This document shows, one piece after another, positions 30,419-43,587 of a stretch of 64,000 nucleotides of DNA. Each line of letters starts with the position of its first letter. The first letter of the stretch is position 1. Made by a program: the position numbers and the translations under genes. Source of the DNA: Escherichia coli (GTDB taxonomy: Bacteria > Pseudomonadota > Gammaproteobacteria > Enterobacterales > Enterobacteriaceae); assembly GCF_001677475.2 (NCBI RefSeq), contig NZ_CP015229.1; one strand, 5' to 3'. The notes below the pieces were generated by a model. That model was not told the origin of the DNA, did no database searches, and was given only the letters and a program-made list of their open reading frames with translations.

Positions 30419-33175
30419 ATGACCAACTACAGCCTGCGCGCACGCATGATGATTCTGATCCTGGCACCGACCGTCCTTATTGGTTTATTGCTGAGTATCT
30501 TTTTCGTCGTGCATCGCTATAACGACTTGCAGCGTCAACTGGAAGATGCCGGTGCCAGCATTATTGAGCCGCTTGCAGTTTCTACTGAATATGGCATGAG
30601 CCTGCAAAATCGCGAATCTATCGGTCAGTTAATAAGCGTACTGCATCGTCGCCATTCCGATATTGTTCGCGCGATTTCGGTTTATGATGAAAATAACCGA
30701 CTCTTTGTCACCTCCAATTTTCATCTTGATCCTTCATCAATGCAGCTCGGCAGCAACGTGCCGTTTCCACGCCAGCTCACTGTCACTCGTGACGGCGATA
30801 TTATGATCCTCCGCACGCCGATTATTTCTGAGAGTTACTCCCCCGACGAATCGCCCAGTAGCGATGCCAAAAATAGTCAAAATATGTTGGGATATATTGC
30901 GCTTGAGCTGGATCTTAAATCGGTTCGCTTGCAGCAATATAAAGAGATCTTTATTTCCAGCGTGATGATGCTGTTTTGTATCGGTATTGCGCTTATTTTT
31001 GGCTGGCGCTTAATGCGCGATGTAACCGGTCCGATTCGCAACATGGTGAATACCGTCGACCGCATCCGTCGCGGGCAACTCGACAGCCGGGTGGAAGGAT
31101 TTATGCTCGGCGAGCTGGATATGCTGAAAAACGGTATCAACTCGATGGCAATGTCGCTGGCTGCTTATCACGAAGAGATGCAGCACAATATCGACCAGGC
31201 GACGTCCGATCTGCGTGAAACGCTGGAGCAGATGGAAATTCAGAACGTTGAGTTGGATCTGGCGAAAAAGCGCGCCCAGGAAGCGGCGCGTATTAAATCC
31301 GAGTTTTTGGCAAATATGTCACACGAGCTGCGTACACCACTGAATGGTGTTATTGGCTTTACCCGCCTGACGCTGAAAACAGAATTAACACCAACGCAGC
31401 GCGATCACCTGAATACGATTGAACGTTCGGCAAATAATTTGCTGGCAATTATTAATGATGTTCTCGACTTCTCGAAACTGGAAGCAGGTAAGCTGATTCT
31501 GGAAAGTATTCCATTCCCACTACGCAGCACGCTGGATGAAGTCGTTACCCTGCTGGCACATTCTTCTCACGATAAAGGGCTGGAACTGACGCTCAATATT
31601 AAGAGCGACGTGCCCGATAACGTAATTGGCGACCCACTGCGATTACAGCAAATCATCACTAACCTGGTAGGGAATGCAATTAAATTCACCGAGAATGGCA
31701 ACATTGATATTCTGGTAGAAAAACGTGCGCTGAGTAATACCAAAGTTCAGATTGAAGTGCAGATTCGGGATACCGGCATTGGTATTCCTGAACGCGATCA
31801 ATCGCGCTTATTCCAGGCCTTCCGACAGGCTGATGCCAGTATTTCCCGCCGTCATGGTGGCACCGGGCTGGGGCTGGTGATTACACAAAAACTGGTTAAT
31901 GAAATGGGCGGCGATATTTCGTTCCATAGCCAGCCGAATCGCGGTTCAACTTTCTGGTTCCACATTAATCTCGATCTGAATCCGAACATTATTATCGAAG
32001 GGCCATCCACCCAGTGCCTCGCCGGCAAGCGCCTGGCCTATGTCGAACCAAACTCCGCAGCAGCGCAATGCACGCTGGATATTTTAAGTGAAACGCCGCT
32101 GGAAGTGGTTTATAGCCCAACGTTCTCCGCGCTGCCTCCCGCGCATTACGACATGATGTTGTTAGGCATCGCGGTGACCTTCCGCGAGCCGCTAACAATG
32201 CAACATGAGCGATTAGCGAAAGCGGTATCGATGACCGATTTCCTGATGCTGGCACTTCCTTGCCATGCACAAGTCAATGCTGAAAAACTCAAGCAAGATG
32301 GTATCGGCGCGTGTCTGCTGAAACCATTAACACCTACGCGCCTGTTACCTGCCCTGACGGAATTTTGTCATCACAAACAAAACACGCTTTTGCCTGTAAC
32401 CGATGAAAGTAAGCTGGCAATGACAGTCATGGCGGTTGATGACAACCCCGCTAACCTGAAACTTATCGGCGCATTGCTGGAAGATATGGTGCAACATGTG
32501 GAACTTTGCGATAGCGGGCATCAGGCGGTTGAACGGGCGAAACAGATGCCGTTCGATTTGATCTTAATGGATATTCAAATGCCGGACATGGATGGCATCC
32601 GGGCCTGCGAGCTCATCCACCAGCTCCCCCATCAGCAACAAACGCCGGTTATCGCGGTAACGGCGCATGCAATGGCCGGGCAAAAAGAGAAGCTGCTTGG
32701 CGCAGGGATGAGCGATTATCTGGCGAAACCGATTGAAGAAGAGCGATTGCATAATTTGCTGTTGCGCTACAAGCCTGGCAGCGGCATTTCCTCTCGCGTC
32801 GTGACGCCTGAAGTCAACGAAATTGTGGTGAACCCGAATGCAACCCTCGACTGGCAACTGGCACTACGCCAGGCAGCAGGAAAAACCGATTTAGCGCGCG
32901 ATATGCTGCAAATGTTACTCGATTTCCTGCCTGAAGTTCGCAACAAAGTTGAGGAACAGCTGGTTGGAGAAAACCCGGAAGGCCTGGTTGATTTGATTCA
33001 TAAACTGCATGGCAGTTGCGGCTATAGCGGTGTGCCGCGTATGAAGAATCTCTGCCAGCTGATCGAACAACAGCTACGTAGCGGTACTAAAGAAGAAGAT
33101 TTGGAGCCGGAGCTGCTGGAACTGTTAGACGAGATGGATAATGTAGCGCGCGAAGCCAGCAAAATTCTCGGGTAA
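30419..33175 (+). CDS. barA: hybrid sensor histidine kinase BarA
   Basis: 918-aa ORF with HAMP, HisKA (HELRTPLNG), HATPase, receiver and HPt regions. Confidence 0.96.
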
Positions 33176-33250
33176 TGGACGTCTTGTCGAGTAGCAATCG
33201 GCTTTTTATGACGCTGGTTTCAGATTGGTGACAAAGTGCCTGTGTTTATG

Positions 33251-33285
33251 CCGGATGCGGCGTTAACGCCTTATCCGGCCTACAA
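33251..33285. repeat. REP element downstream of barA
   Basis: GCCGGATGCGGCGTTAACGCCTTATCCGGCCTACA palindrome. Confidence 0.7.
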
Positions 33286-33370
33286 AACCAATTAAATTCA
33301 ATGAATTAAAAAGTATGTTGGCCTGATACGTAGCGCAACAGGCAATTTTGCGTTTGGCATCAGTCTCAAA

Positions 33371-33400
33371 CCGGCTCCTGACAGAGCCGGTTTTGGTTTT
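33371..33400 (+). terminator. Intrinsic terminator hairpin between barA and gudD
   Basis: AACCGGCTC-CTGACAG-AGCCGGTT followed by TTTGGTTTTCTG. Confidence 0.5.
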
Positions 33401-33405
33401 CTGTC

Positions 33406-34746
33406 TTAACGCACCATGCACGGACGCTTGTTATCGAACGTCCAGCCAGGAATCAGATACTGCATTCCCATTGCATCGTCACGCGCGCCAAGCCCGTGTT
33501 TCTGATACAGCTCGTGGGCTTTCATCACCTGATCCATATCGATTTCTACGCCCAATCCTGGTTTTTGCGGCACCTGTACCAGCCCGCCTTTGATCTCAAA
33601 CGGTTCTTTGGTCAGACGCTGATTGCCTTCCTGCCAGATCCAGTGCGTATCAATAGCAGTAATTTTACCCGGTGCAGCAGCGGCTACATGGGTAAACATC
33701 GCCAGGGAAATATCGAAGTGGTTGTTAGAGTGTGAACCCCAGGTCAGGCCAAATTCATGGCACATTTGCGCCACACGTACCGAACCTTGCATCGTCCAGA
33801 AATGCGGATCCGCCAGCGGGATATCAACGGATTGTAACGAGAGCGTATGGCCCATCTGCCGCCAGTCGGTGGCGATCATATTGGTTGCGGTCGGCAGGCC
33901 AGTCGCGCGACGGAACTCAGCCATCACTTCACGCCCGGAGAAACCTTGCTCCGCACCACACGGATCTTCTGCATAAGCCAGCGAACCTTTCAGGTATTTA
34001 CCAATTTTAATCGCTTCGTTCAGCGACCAGGCACCGTTAGGATCGAGCGTAATACGCGCCTGTGGGAAGCGTTGCGCCAGTGCCACAATAGATTCTGCTT
34101 CTTCTTCCCCGGCCAGTACACCGCCCTTCAGTTTGAAATCGTTGAAGCCATATTTTTCATATGCTGCTTCCGCCAGGCGCACCACCGCATCCGGCGTCAT
34201 CGCTTCTTCGTGACGCAGGCGATACCAGTCACATTTATCATCCGGCTGGCTTTGATACGGCAGCGGTGTGGCTTTGCGATTACCGACGAAGAACAGATAA
34301 CCGAGCATTTCGACTTCGCTACGCTGTTGACCATCGCCCAGCAGCGATGCCACGTTAACCCCCAGATGCTGCCCCAGCAGATCCAGCATTGCCGCTTCTA
34401 TCCCGGTAACTACATGAATAGTGGTACGCAAATCAAATGTCTGCAAACCGCGCCCGCCGGCATCACGATCGGCAAATGTATTACGCACCAGCGTCAGAAC
34501 GTTTTTGTATTCACCTAGCGTTTTACCCACCACCAGCGGAATCGCATCTTCCAGCGTTTTACGGATTTTCTCGCCGCCGGGAATTTCCCCTACGCCGGTG
34601 TGACCGGAATTATCTTTGATAATCACAATATTACGCGTGAAGAACGGTGCGTGTGCACCACTCAGATTCATCAGCATACTGTCATGACCCGCCACCGGGA
34701 TGACCTGCATTTCAGTAACAACAGGCGTCGTAAATTGAGAACTCAT
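33406..34746 (-). CDS. gudD: glucarate dehydratase
   Basis: 446-aa frame [32 protein letters not shown]... (enolase superfamily); AAGGA Shine-Dalgarno 7 nt upstream; ORF-track start 34770 is an extension. Confidence 0.95.
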   Translation of the reverse strand: MSSQFTTPVVTEMQVIPVAGHDSMLMNLSGAHAPFFTRNIVIIKDNSGHTGVGEIPGGEKIRKTLEDAIPLVVGKTLGEYKNVLTLVRNTFADRDAGGRGLQTFDLRTTIHVVTGIEAAMLDLLGQHLGVNVASLLGDGQQRSEVEMLGYLFFVGNRKATPLPYQSQPDDKCDWYRLRHEEAMTPDAVVRLAEAAYEKYGFNDFKLKGGVLAGEEEAESIVALAQRFPQARITLDPNGAWSLNEAIKIGKYLKGSLAYAEDPCGAEQGFSGREVMAEFRRATGLPTATNMIATDWRQMGHTLSLQSVDIPLADPHFWTMQGSVRVAQMCHEFGLTWGSHSNNHFDISLAMFTHVAAAAPGKITAIDTHWIWQEGNQRLTKEPFEIKGGLVQVPQKPGLGVEIDMDQVMKAHELYQKHGLGARDDAMGMQYLIPGWTFDNKRPCMVR

Positions 34747-34766
34747 GTTTATGTCCTTATTCAGAA

Positions 34767-36107
34767 TCAATGACGGCCGAAAACGGGACGTTTACGGTCA
34801 AAGGTCCAGCCGGGGATCAGGTACTGCATCGGACCTGCGTCGTTACGCGCACCGCCAAGCAGACGTTTATAGGCTTCATGCGCCTTTTGTACCTGCTCCC
34901 AGTCCAGTTCCACGCCCAGACCGGGCGCATCAGGAACGGCAATTTTTCCGTTTTTAATCTCCAGCGGATTTTTGGTCAGGCGACAATCTCCCTCCTGCCA
35001 AATCCAGTGGGTATCGATAGCGGTAGGATTACCCGGTGCCGCCGCACCCACATGGGTAAACATCGCCAGAGAGATATCAAAGTGGTTATTGGAATGGCAG
35101 CCCCAGGTCAGCCCCCAGTCGTCGCAAAGCTGCGCTACGCGGACTGCACCGGAAAGCGTCCAGAAGTGCGGGTCGGCAAGTGGAATATCTACCGCATTGA
35201 GCATCACCGCATGGCCCATTTCGCGCCAGTTGGTGGCGATCATGTTAGTCGCGACGGGCAAGCCGGTCGCCCGTCGAAACTCCGCCATCACTTCACGTCC
35301 GGAGAAACCCTGTTCTGCGCCACATGGATCTTCGGCATAGGTGAGAACATCATTCAGCCCTTTGCACAGATAAATGGCTTCATCAAGCAGCCATGCACCG
35401 TTGGGATCAACGGTAATTCGCGCATCCGGGAAGAGTTTCTTCAATGCACGAACAGTGTCGATTTCTTGCTCGCCAGGTAACACTCCGCCCTTAAGTTTGA
35501 AATCTTTAAAGCCATAGCGATCCTGTGAGGCTTCCGCCAGACGTACAACGGCTTCGCTGTTCATCGCTTTCTGATGCCGCAATTGATACCACTCATGGTT
35601 GCCCGGCGTATTTTCCAGATAAGGAAGATCGGTTTTGGTCCGATCACCGATATAAAACAGATAACCGAGGACGGTAATAGCATCGCGTTGCTTGCCTGGC
35701 CCTAACAGTTCGCAGACCGGAACATTCAGCGCCTTACCTAGCAGGTCAAGCAAGGCGGCTTCCAGCGCCGCCACGGCATTAACGCGCAATTCAAAAGTCC
35801 AGGCACCTTTGCCGAAGGTATCAAAATCGGCTGCCTGATTACCTTTATGCACCTGCTGGACCACTTTATTCAGGCGCGCAACTTCCTGGCCCAGAACCAT
35901 CGGAATAGCATCGACAAGCGTCTGATAAATCACCTCTCCGCCTGGCGCTTCACCAATGCCGGAATGTCCGGCATTATCGGTGAGTACCACGATATTGCGG
36001 GTGAAATATGCGTCATGTGCACCACCAATATTAAGCAACATGCTATCGTGCCCGGCGACCGGAATGACTTTCATATCAGTAATAACAGGACTGGATTGTG
36101 TCGTCAT
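34767..36107 (-). CDS. gudX: glucarate dehydratase-related protein
   Basis: 446-aa [34 protein letters not shown]...; paralogue of gudD. Confidence 0.95.
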   Translation of the reverse strand: MTTQSSPVITDMKVIPVAGHDSMLLNIGGAHDAYFTRNIVVLTDNAGHSGIGEAPGGEVIYQTLVDAIPMVLGQEVARLNKVVQQVHKGNQAADFDTFGKGAWTFELRVNAVAALEAALLDLLGKALNVPVCELLGPGKQRDAITVLGYLFYIGDRTKTDLPYLENTPGNHEWYQLRHQKAMNSEAVVRLAEASQDRYGFKDFKLKGGVLPGEQEIDTVRALKKLFPDARITVDPNGAWLLDEAIYLCKGLNDVLTYAEDPCGAEQGFSGREVMAEFRRATGLPVATNMIATNWREMGHAVMLNAVDIPLADPHFWTLSGAVRVAQLCDDWGLTWGCHSNNHFDISLAMFTHVGAAAPGNPTAIDTHWIWQEGDCRLTKNPLEIKNGKIAVPDAPGLGVELDWEQVQKAHEAYKRLLGGARNDAGPMQYLIPGWTFDRKRPVFGRH

Positions 36108-36108
36108 C

Positions 36109-37461
36109 TTATTGCCCCGCGACAGGTTTCAGCTCGATACGCTTGATATCGCCCACCAGCACCAGGTAGCTCAGTACCGCGATTAAGGCATGAACACCAA
36201 CATAAATCAGCGCCCCATTAAAGGAGCCAGTCGTGCCAACGATATAACCAATTGCGATTGGCGTGACGATGCCAGAAATGTTACCGAACATGTTGAACAG
36301 GCCACCGGAAAGACCGCTGATCTCTTTTGGCGCGGTATCTGCCATTACTGCCCAACCTAGCGCCCCGATGCCCTTACCGAAGAAGGCCAGCGCCATAAAG
36401 CCGATGATCATCCACTCAACATTGACGTAGTTGCAGAACACCATCACCATCGACAGCAACATGCCCATTACGATCGGTGTTTTACGCGCAATGTTCAGCG
36501 ATCCCGTGCGGCGCATCAGCCAGTCGGAAATAATCCCACCCAGCACACCGCCGATAAAACCGCAAACCGCCGGAACGGAAGCCACAAAGCCCGCTTTCAG
36601 AATCGACATCCCACGCGCCTGCACCAGATAAACCGGAAACCAGGTAATGAAAAAGTAAGTCAGGGCGTTGATACAGTACTGACCGATATAAACGCCGATC
36701 ATCATCCGTGACCCGAGCAGCTGTTTGATCTGCCCCCACTTCACGCTGAACGGCACTTTAACTTTGGTATTTTGCTGATCCATATTGATCAGCGCGCCAC
36801 CCGCGGCGATGTACTCCAACTCTTTCTGATTTACACCCGGATGTTGATTTGGCTCGTGGATGACTTTCAACCAGATAAAGCTGATGACAATGCCCAGACC
36901 GCCCATAAAGAAGAAGACGTGTGACCAGCCCACTTCATGCGTCAGCCAGCCCATAATCGGCGCGAAGATCACCGTTGCGAAGTATTGAGCGGAGTTAAAA
37001 ATCGACACCGCCGTTCCCCTTTCCTGCGCCGGAAACCAGGCCGCAACAATGCGACTGTTGCCGGGGAAAGATGGCGCTTCAGCAAGCCCGACCAGGAAGC
37101 GCAGCGTAAACAGGGCAACGATAATGCCGAATCCACTAAAGATATCGACGAAGCCTTGCAGCAAGGTAAACATCGACCAGATAAAGATCGACCAGAAGTA
37201 GACGCGTTTTGAACCAAAACGATCCAGCAACCAGCCACCTGGGATCTGCCCGATAACATAAGCCCATGAGAAGGCAGAGAACACATAGCCCATTCCCACG
37301 GGATCAAGGCCGATATCTTTGGCCATTTCCGAACCGGCAATAGAAAGCGTAGCGCGGTCGCCGTAGTTGAAGGATGTGACGATAAACAACATCACCACTA
37401 TCCAGTAACGAGCATTCGTGCGTTTTTCCACACTGCTCGCAGCCTGACTTAAAGAACTCAT
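36109..37461 (-). CDS. gudP: glucarate/galactarate MFS transporter
   Basis: 450-aa [46 protein letters not shown]... Confidence 0.95.
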   Translation of the reverse strand: MSSLSQAASSVEKRTNARYWIVVMLFIVTSFNYGDRATLSIAGSEMAKDIGLDPVGMGYVFSAFSWAYVIGQIPGGWLLDRFGSKRVYFWSIFIWSMFTLLQGFVDIFSGFGIIVALFTLRFLVGLAEAPSFPGNSRIVAAWFPAQERGTAVSIFNSAQYFATVIFAPIMGWLTHEVGWSHVFFFMGGLGIVISFIWLKVIHEPNQHPGVNQKELEYIAAGGALINMDQQNTKVKVPFSVKWGQIKQLLGSRMMIGVYIGQYCINALTYFFITWFPVYLVQARGMSILKAGFVASVPAVCGFIGGVLGGIISDWLMRRTGSLNIARKTPIVMGMLLSMVMVFCNYVNVEWMIIGFMALAFFGKGIGALGWAVMADTAPKEISGLSGGLFNMFGNISGIVTPIAIGYIVGTTGSFNGALIYVGVHALIAVLSYLVLVGDIKRIELKPVAGQ

Positions 37462-37894
37462 TGTTGCACTCCTGAAAATTCGCGTTAGCCACGCTCACTC
37501 TGGACTGCGACATCGCCAGGAAATCAGAGGTGACGTAGGGTGTTTTTGCCGTTTTTATAGGTCGTTCGCCGAATACGGCGCGTGTTTATATCTGGCAATA
37601 GCAGTATAAAAAGCGCGCCATAGCGGCTCACCGTGCAACAACACAACATTAATGCGTTCAATGAGGCCCGATTTTGGCATTAGCCCTGGACGGTGGAATC
37701 CACTTCACGGAAATGAAAACAAGAACAAGAAAGGAAGGGTTAAAACGAAGAAATAAAGAAGAGTATGAAATGGATCGCTTGACTCCAGGCAAACGCCAGT
37801 AAAAATCCGCGCTATGAAGCAGTTTTTACTGGCATTTGCCTGAAAAGATTCGATTCAGCATCGCTAAAACGGCATTTACCGCTCGCTGAACGTA

Positions 37895-38344
37895 TCAGGA
37901 CAACAGCGTGCCCCAATGTTCGACCCACGGATTTGATTCCGTTTCCGGTTCCGGGTTCTCACTGGCGTCAATCAACAGCATTTCGCCAACCCGCTGAGCG
38001 CTCTGTTCCTGCAACAATGCATCGAACTGTTTGCCGCCATTGCAGAAATTCACATAACTACTGTCGCCGAGCGCAATCACGCCATAACGCAGATTCGGCT
38101 GGAAGCCCAGACTATCTTTGATTCCCTGAAAGAGCGGCACAATGCTATCAGGAAGGTCGCCCTGCCCGGTCGTGGACGTAACCACCAGAACATACTTATC
38201 CTGATAGGGCAGCCAGTCGCTTAATTCAGGATCTTCAAATACCGTTGCTTTGTGGCCCTGCGCGGTCAGAATTGCTTCCGCTTCTTCCGCCACTAACAGC
38301 GAATTTCCGTACATAGTGCCCACAAAAATACCAATTTCCGCCAT
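37895..38344 (-). CDS. yqcA: flavodoxin-like protein YqcA
   Basis: 149-aa [34 protein letters not shown]... Confidence 0.92.
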   Translation of the reverse strand: MAEIGIFVGTMYGNSLLVAEEAEAILTAQGHKATVFEDPELSDWLPYQDKYVLVVTSTTGQGDLPDSIVPLFQGIKDSLGFQPNLRYGVIALGDSSYVNFCNGGKQFDALLQEQSAQRVGEMLLIDASENPEPETESNPWVEHWGTLLS

Positions 38345-38361
38345 ACCGTTTTCTCCCTGGA

Positions 38362-39144
38362 TTAGGAACTTATCTCTCCATCCTGACCCGATGGCGCACT
38401 GAACTCAACCCTTTCATTTTCAGGAAGCAGACCCCGCCAGCCAAATTGTGATAACGCCTGCATCCAGGTGCCGTCCAGGCCCGCGTGAATAGTCAACGGC
38501 TCGCCAGTAAAAGGATGCGTCAATGACAACTGACTGGCATGCAGCATTAACCGCTGAAGGCCAAAATGTTCAGCACCGCTGCGATTCTGGCGTAAATCAC
38601 CATGTTTGCTGTCGCCAATAATCGGGTGGCGCAAATGGGCAAGATGGCGACGGAGCTGGTGCTTGCGTCCGGTTTTCGGCTCCAGTTCCACCAGGCCGTA
38701 GCGCGTGGTCGGATAACGTCCGGTCGCTACCGGCATTTCTACGGTCGCCAGACCGCGATAATGCGTCACTGCTGGCTGTGGGCCTTTATCTTCGCGGGCA
38801 AATTTATCAGCGATTTTGTCCAGTTCTTCCACCAGTGGATAATCCAGAACTGCTTCTTCCATCAACCAGCCGCGCACAATCGCATGGTAACGTTTCTGGA
38901 TTTGGTGCTGTTCAAACTGTTGTGCCAGCAGCCGTCCGGCCTCGCTGGATAATCCCATCAACAACACACCAGAAGTTGGTCGGTCCAGACGATGAGCAGT
39001 AAACACATGCTGGCCTATCTGGTCACGCACGGTTTGCATGACCACTACTTTCTCGTCGCGATCCAGCCAGCTGCGGTGAACCAGCCAGCCGGAGGGTTTA
39101 TTTACCGCAACCAGCCATTCATCCTGATAGAGTATTTCCAGCAT
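38362..39144 (-). CDS. truC: tRNA pseudouridine(65) synthase
   Basis: 260-aa [28 protein letters not shown]... (RluA-family motif). Confidence 0.94.
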   Translation of the reverse strand: MLEILYQDEWLVAVNKPSGWLVHRSWLDRDEKVVVMQTVRDQIGQHVFTAHRLDRPTSGVLLMGLSSEAGRLLAQQFEQHQIQKRYHAIVRGWLMEEAVLDYPLVEELDKIADKFAREDKGPQPAVTHYRGLATVEMPVATGRYPTTRYGLVELEPKTGRKHQLRRHLAHLRHPIIGDSKHGDLRQNRSGAEHFGLQRLMLHASQLSLTHPFTGEPLTIHAGLDGTWMQALSQFGWRGLLPENERVEFSAPSGQDGEISS

Positions 39145-39473
39145 TAGCTCGCATCATCCGCAAAAAGAGCATCCAGTTTTTCCAGCTCAGCCAGAATAAG
39201 CGCGCGTTGCGGGTGGTCCGTCGCCAGCGCCATTTCATAATAGGGAGCAACGGCAAAAGCGCCCGGTAACGGCTGGTTGTTTTCTAACAAATCGTGCATT
39301 CGCGGGATCAGCACCCACTGCAACCACTCCAGTGGTTCCATGGTGTCCATAAAGAACGGTTGGGTACTATTAAATTGATGCGGCTGGGGTTCATCGTTTC
39401 GCCAGTGCTGATGTTCACGCAGTAACGCTTCAAGCGCCTGCAACTGGAGACGAACGCGGTCATGAGTGGTCAT
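39144..39473 (-). CDS. yqcC: DUF446-family protein YqcC
   Basis: 109-aa ORF MTTHDRVRLQLQALEALLREHQHWR... Confidence 0.9.
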   Translation of the reverse strand: MTTHDRVRLQLQALEALLREHQHWRNDEPQPHQFNSTQPFFMDTMEPLEWLQWVLIPRMHDLLENNQPLPGAFAVAPYYEMALATDHPQRALILAELEKLDALFADDAS

Positions 39474-39518
39474 AAAGCAACCTCAATAAGAAAAACTGCC
39501 GCGAAGGATAGCAGGAAT

Positions 39519-39884
39519 AAAAAAAGGGAGCACTGTATTCACAGTGCTCCCGGTTCGTTTCGCAGCATTCCAGCTACTTTTGTTGCTCCCTGCTCATCCT
39601 TGACAACTTTTCCTCTGGCCTTGCGGCCAATCGTTCGTCCTGAACTATTGCTTCCTGCTCACACCACCCCGATGTGATACTTCATCCTGAAGTGTCCCTG
39701 GCCTTCCTGACCCACCGAATCATCCTGACCGGTTCTCATTCTCCATCCTGGAGGTGTCCTTTAACGCGTCCTGCGTCATCCTCTTCGCTTCGTCCAGAAG
39801 CCTTTCCCTGAAACACCATCCTGGTGTGTCCTTCAGAAGTGTCATCATCCTGATGTTCACTTCGTTGTCTGACTCCCTGTCGAC
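39519..39884 (-). ncRNA. csrB: CsrB regulatory sRNA (CsrA-sequestering)
   Basis: Minus-strand transcript begins GUCGACAGGGAGUCAGACAACGAAG (complement of 39860-39884), carries many GGA-containing CAGGAUG / AGGGA motifs (plus-strand CATCCTG / TCCCTG), and ends in a hairpin GGGAGCACTG...CAGTGCTCCC (39526-39551) plus U-run. Confidence 0.9.
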
Positions 39885-40094
39885 GAAGATAGAATCGTCT
39901 TTTTCGCGAAGTCTTACAAGGCGCTTACAGACAATGCCTTAAGGAAAATTTCATATGAAAGTTAAGAATTGACAAGCAATATATTGATTTTAAATGAGAA
40001 TAACGATTCTTATCTTTTTAAGTATTCGCTTATTTCCTGGCGATCTCCTACAGAGTCTGTAAGAGATCTCTCACAACCAGATGGGGTATTTGGA

Positions 40095-40640
40095 TTACAG
40101 AAGAGGCTTAAGTTGATTAAGGAATTCCGCAAGATTTGAGGCTAAATGCGCCCGTTTACGTGTTCCCAGCGTCTCTTTGCACACTTCACCGGAGAGATTA
40201 CACACCGAGATGACCTCTAACTCTTCTTCCAGTGTCGCGATAAATAGCGTGGGCGGCAGTTTTAGCCTTTTCTGAGTCACCAGATGACCAATCTGATTTT
40301 CCTGCACCCGACGGAAGTCGTCTTCACTCCAGGTTTGCAGCAATGTCAGTTTGATATCGCCAAACTGCGCATGCATATCCCCGGCAAACTGAGTCGTATA
40401 AAAGGTATGAATTGTGGGTTGTATCACAATATCAAAAGCGCGTTCAACCGCGTTTACATTTTGTTCCCCGGTAAACGGCTGGGGTTGCCAGTATACGGCG
40501 TCTTCGGTGGTTGAAATAATGCACGGTGAAGGAACGCCGTACAGTTCCTCACTCAACGGCCAGCTTTTATGCTCTTCATGCCACGCATCGCAGTAGCGTG
40601 CAGTAAAATCTGTCAGGGCTTGTGCGGTCAAATCGTCCAC
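40095..40640 (-). CDS. syd: SecY-interacting protein Syd
   Basis: 181-aa [31 protein letters not shown]... Confidence 0.93.
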   Translation of the reverse strand: MDDLTAQALTDFTARYCDAWHEEHKSWPLSEELYGVPSPCIISTTEDAVYWQPQPFTGEQNVNAVERAFDIVIQPTIHTFYTTQFAGDMHAQFGDIKLTLLQTWSEDDFRRVQENQIGHLVTQKRLKLPPTLFIATLEEELEVISVCNLSGEVCKETLGTRKRAHLASNLAEFLNQLKPLL

Positions 40641-40707
40641 TAATTTCTCTCTTCACTTAAACCAGATACACTTGTCGTTTAGTTTATCTGGTTTATGACG
40701 GTGAAAC

Positions 40708-41556
40708 ATGTCTTCTTATGCAAACCATCAGGCACTTGCGGGCCTGACTCTTGGAAAATCAACCGATTACCGGGATACCTATGACGCCAGCCTGCTACAA
40801 GGCGTTCCGCGTAGTCTGAATCGCGATCCGCTGGGTCTGAAAGCGGATAACCTGCCTTTTCACGGTACGGATATCTGGACGCTGTATGAACTTTCCTGGC
40901 TGAATGCGAAAGGTTTGCCGCAGGTCGCCGTCGGTCACGTTGAACTTGATTACACCAGCGCAAATCTGATTGAGTCGAAGAGTTTTAAGCTCTATCTCAA
41001 CAGTTTTAACCAGACGCGTTTCAATAAATGGGATGAGGTGCGCCAGACGCTGGAGCGCGACTTAAGCACTTGCGCCCAAGGTAAGGTTAGCGTGGCGTTA
41101 TATCGTCTTGATGAACTGGAAGGCCAACCGATAGGTCATTTCAATGGCACTTGCATTGATGACCAGGATATCACTATCGATAACTATGAATTCACTACTG
41201 ACTATCTGGAGAATGCCACCAGTGGCGAAAAAGTAGTAGAAGAGACGCTCGTCAGCCACCTGCTGAAATCAAATTGCCTGATCACCCATCAACCAGATTG
41301 GGGATCGATCCAAATTCAGTATCGTGGACGCCAAATTGACAGAGAAAAACTGCTGCGTTACCTGGTTTCTTTCCGTCATCACAACGAGTTCCACGAACAG
41401 TGCGTGGAACGCATCTTTAATGACCTGTTACGCTTCTGCCAGCCAGAGAAATTGAGCGTTTACGCACGTTATACCCGTCGTGGCGGTCTGGACATTAACC
41501 CGTGGCGCAGTAATAGCGATTTTGTCCCATCGACCACAAGACTGGTTCGGCAATAA
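40708..41556 (+). CDS. queF: NADPH-dependent 7-cyano-7-deazaguanine reductase
   Basis: 282-aa [38 protein letters not shown]... Confidence 0.95.
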   Translation: MSSYANHQALAGLTLGKSTDYRDTYDASLLQGVPRSLNRDPLGLKADNLPFHGTDIWTLYELSWLNAKGLPQVAVGHVELDYTSANLIESKSFKLYLNSFNQTRFNKWDEVRQTLERDLSTCAQGKVSVALYRLDELEGQPIGHFNGTCIDDQDITIDNYEFTTDYLENATSGEKVVEETLVSHLLKSNCLITHQPDWGSIQIQYRGRQIDREKLLRYLVSFRHHNEFHEQCVERIFNDLLRFCQPEKLSVYARYTRRGGLDINPWRSNSDFVPSTTRLVRQ

Positions 41557-41667
41557 ATTTTTTCTCAATTTTGCGTGCTGGATTCACGCAGAAGGTTGTG
41601 AAAGGTCATCAGGCAGGGCTATTGTAATCAAAGGGAATGACGATATTCGTCCCATAAGGAGTTTTTC

Positions 41668-43032
41668 TTGATTACACATATTAGCCCGCTTGGCTCCATG
41701 GATATGTTGTCGCAGCTGGAAGTGGATATGCTTAAACGCACCGCCAGCAGCGACCTCTATCAACTGTTTCGCAACTGTTCACTTGCCGTACTGAACTCCG
41801 GTAGTTTGACCGATAACAGCAAAGAATTGCTGTCTCGTTTTGAAAATTTCGATATTAACGTCCTGCGCCGTGAACGCGGCGTAAAGCTGGAACTGATTAA
41901 TCCCCCGGAAGAGGCTTTTGTCGATGGGCGAATTATTCGCGCTTTGCAGGCCAACTTGTTCGCGGTTCTGCGTGACATTCTCTTCGTTTACGGGCAAATC
42001 CATAACACCGTTCGTTTTCCCAATCTGAATCTCGACAACTCCGTCCACATCACTAACCTGGTCTTTTCCATCTTGCGTAACGCTCGCGCACTGCATGTCG
42101 GTGAAGCGCCAAATATGGTGGTCTGCTGGGGTGGTCACTCAATTAACGAAAACGAGTATTTGTATGCCCGTCGCGTCGGGAATCAGCTGGGCCTGCGTGA
42201 GCTGAATATCTGCACCGGCTGTGGTCCGGGAGCGATGGAAGCGCCGATGAAAGGTGCTGCGGTCGGACACGCGCAGCAGCGTTACAAAGACAGTCGTTTT
42301 ATTGGTATGACAGAGCCGTCGATTATCGCCGCTGAACCGCCTAACCCGCTGGTCAACGAATTGATCATCATGCCGGATATCGAAAAACGTCTGGAAGCGT
42401 TTGTGCGTATCGCTCACGGTATCATTATCTTCCCTGGCGGTGTGGGTACGGCAGAAGAGTTGCTGTATTTGCTGGGAATTTTAATGAACCCGGCCAACAA
42501 AGATCAGGTTTTACCATTGATCCTCACCGGCCCGAAAGAGAGCGCCGACTACTTCCGCGTACTGGACGAGTTTGTCGTGCATACGCTGGGTGAAAACGCG
42601 CGCCGCCATTACCGCATCATCATTGATGACGCCGCTGAAGTCGCTCGTCAGATGAAAAAATCGATGCCGCTGGTGAAAGAAAATCGCCGCGACACTGGTG
42701 ACGCTTACAGCTTTAACTGGTCAATGCGCATTGCGCCAGATTTGCAAATGCCGTTTGAGCCGTCTCACGAGAACATGGCTAATCTGAAGCTTTACCCGGA
42801 TCAACCTGTTGAAGTGCTGGCTGCCGATCTGCGCCGTGCGTTCTCCGGTATTGTGGCGGGTAACGTAAAAGAAGTCGGTATTCGCGCCATTGAAGAGTTT
42901 GGTCCTTACAAAATCAACGGCGATAAAGAGATTATGCGTCGTATGGACGACCTGCTACAGGGTTTTGTTGCCCAGCATCGTATGAAGTTGCCAGGCTCAG
43001 CCTACATCCCTTGCTACGAAATCTGCACGTAA
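41668..43032 (+). CDS. ppnN: pyrimidine/purine nucleotide 5'-monophosphate nucleosidase (LOG-family)
   Basis: 454-aa [39 protein letters not shown]... Confidence 0.93.
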
Positions 43033-43587
43033 TCTCCCTCCCCCGGTGACGTTTGTTGCCGGGTTTTCTCGTTTTTGGTCACATACCCATCAATTTATTT
43101 CATTTGTTATATGAATGTTTCTTACCACCATCACGCGATAAATATCATTACAGTTAATATGTCATACAATTTATGTTGTAACGCAAACGTTTTCCTATTT
43201 TCATAAACCACATTTTATCGCTATGAAAAAGAAATTATCGCCATGATTAACTAAAAGTATTGATTTTTTCAGTTCAACCTACATATATTGCGCGCCCCGG
43301 AAGAAGTCAGATGTCGTTTAATGGGCAAATATTGCCCTTAAATTCTCTTTTACTTTTGATTTACAGAGTAAAGCGTTGGGATAATCTATCTTCCAAGTAG
43401 ATTATTGTATTTGGGATCAAGATCACTGATAGATACATAACTTGTGTGTATCTTTCCGCCCTCAAATTATTACGGCGGTAAATGATTAAGCCATCGCCGA
43501 TAGACAGATTTCATTTTTACGGTCAGGCACCTTCCCGGGCTGAACTGGCTAAAAGCTGAATTATTTGCATTCCTCCAGGAGAAATAG

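Noticed and set aside
43033-43587. Possible hidden small gene in the 555-bp ppnN-sdaC intergenic region
   Set aside because: Only short hairpins and AT-rich promoter-like sequence; no ORF with a convincing RBS found by eye.
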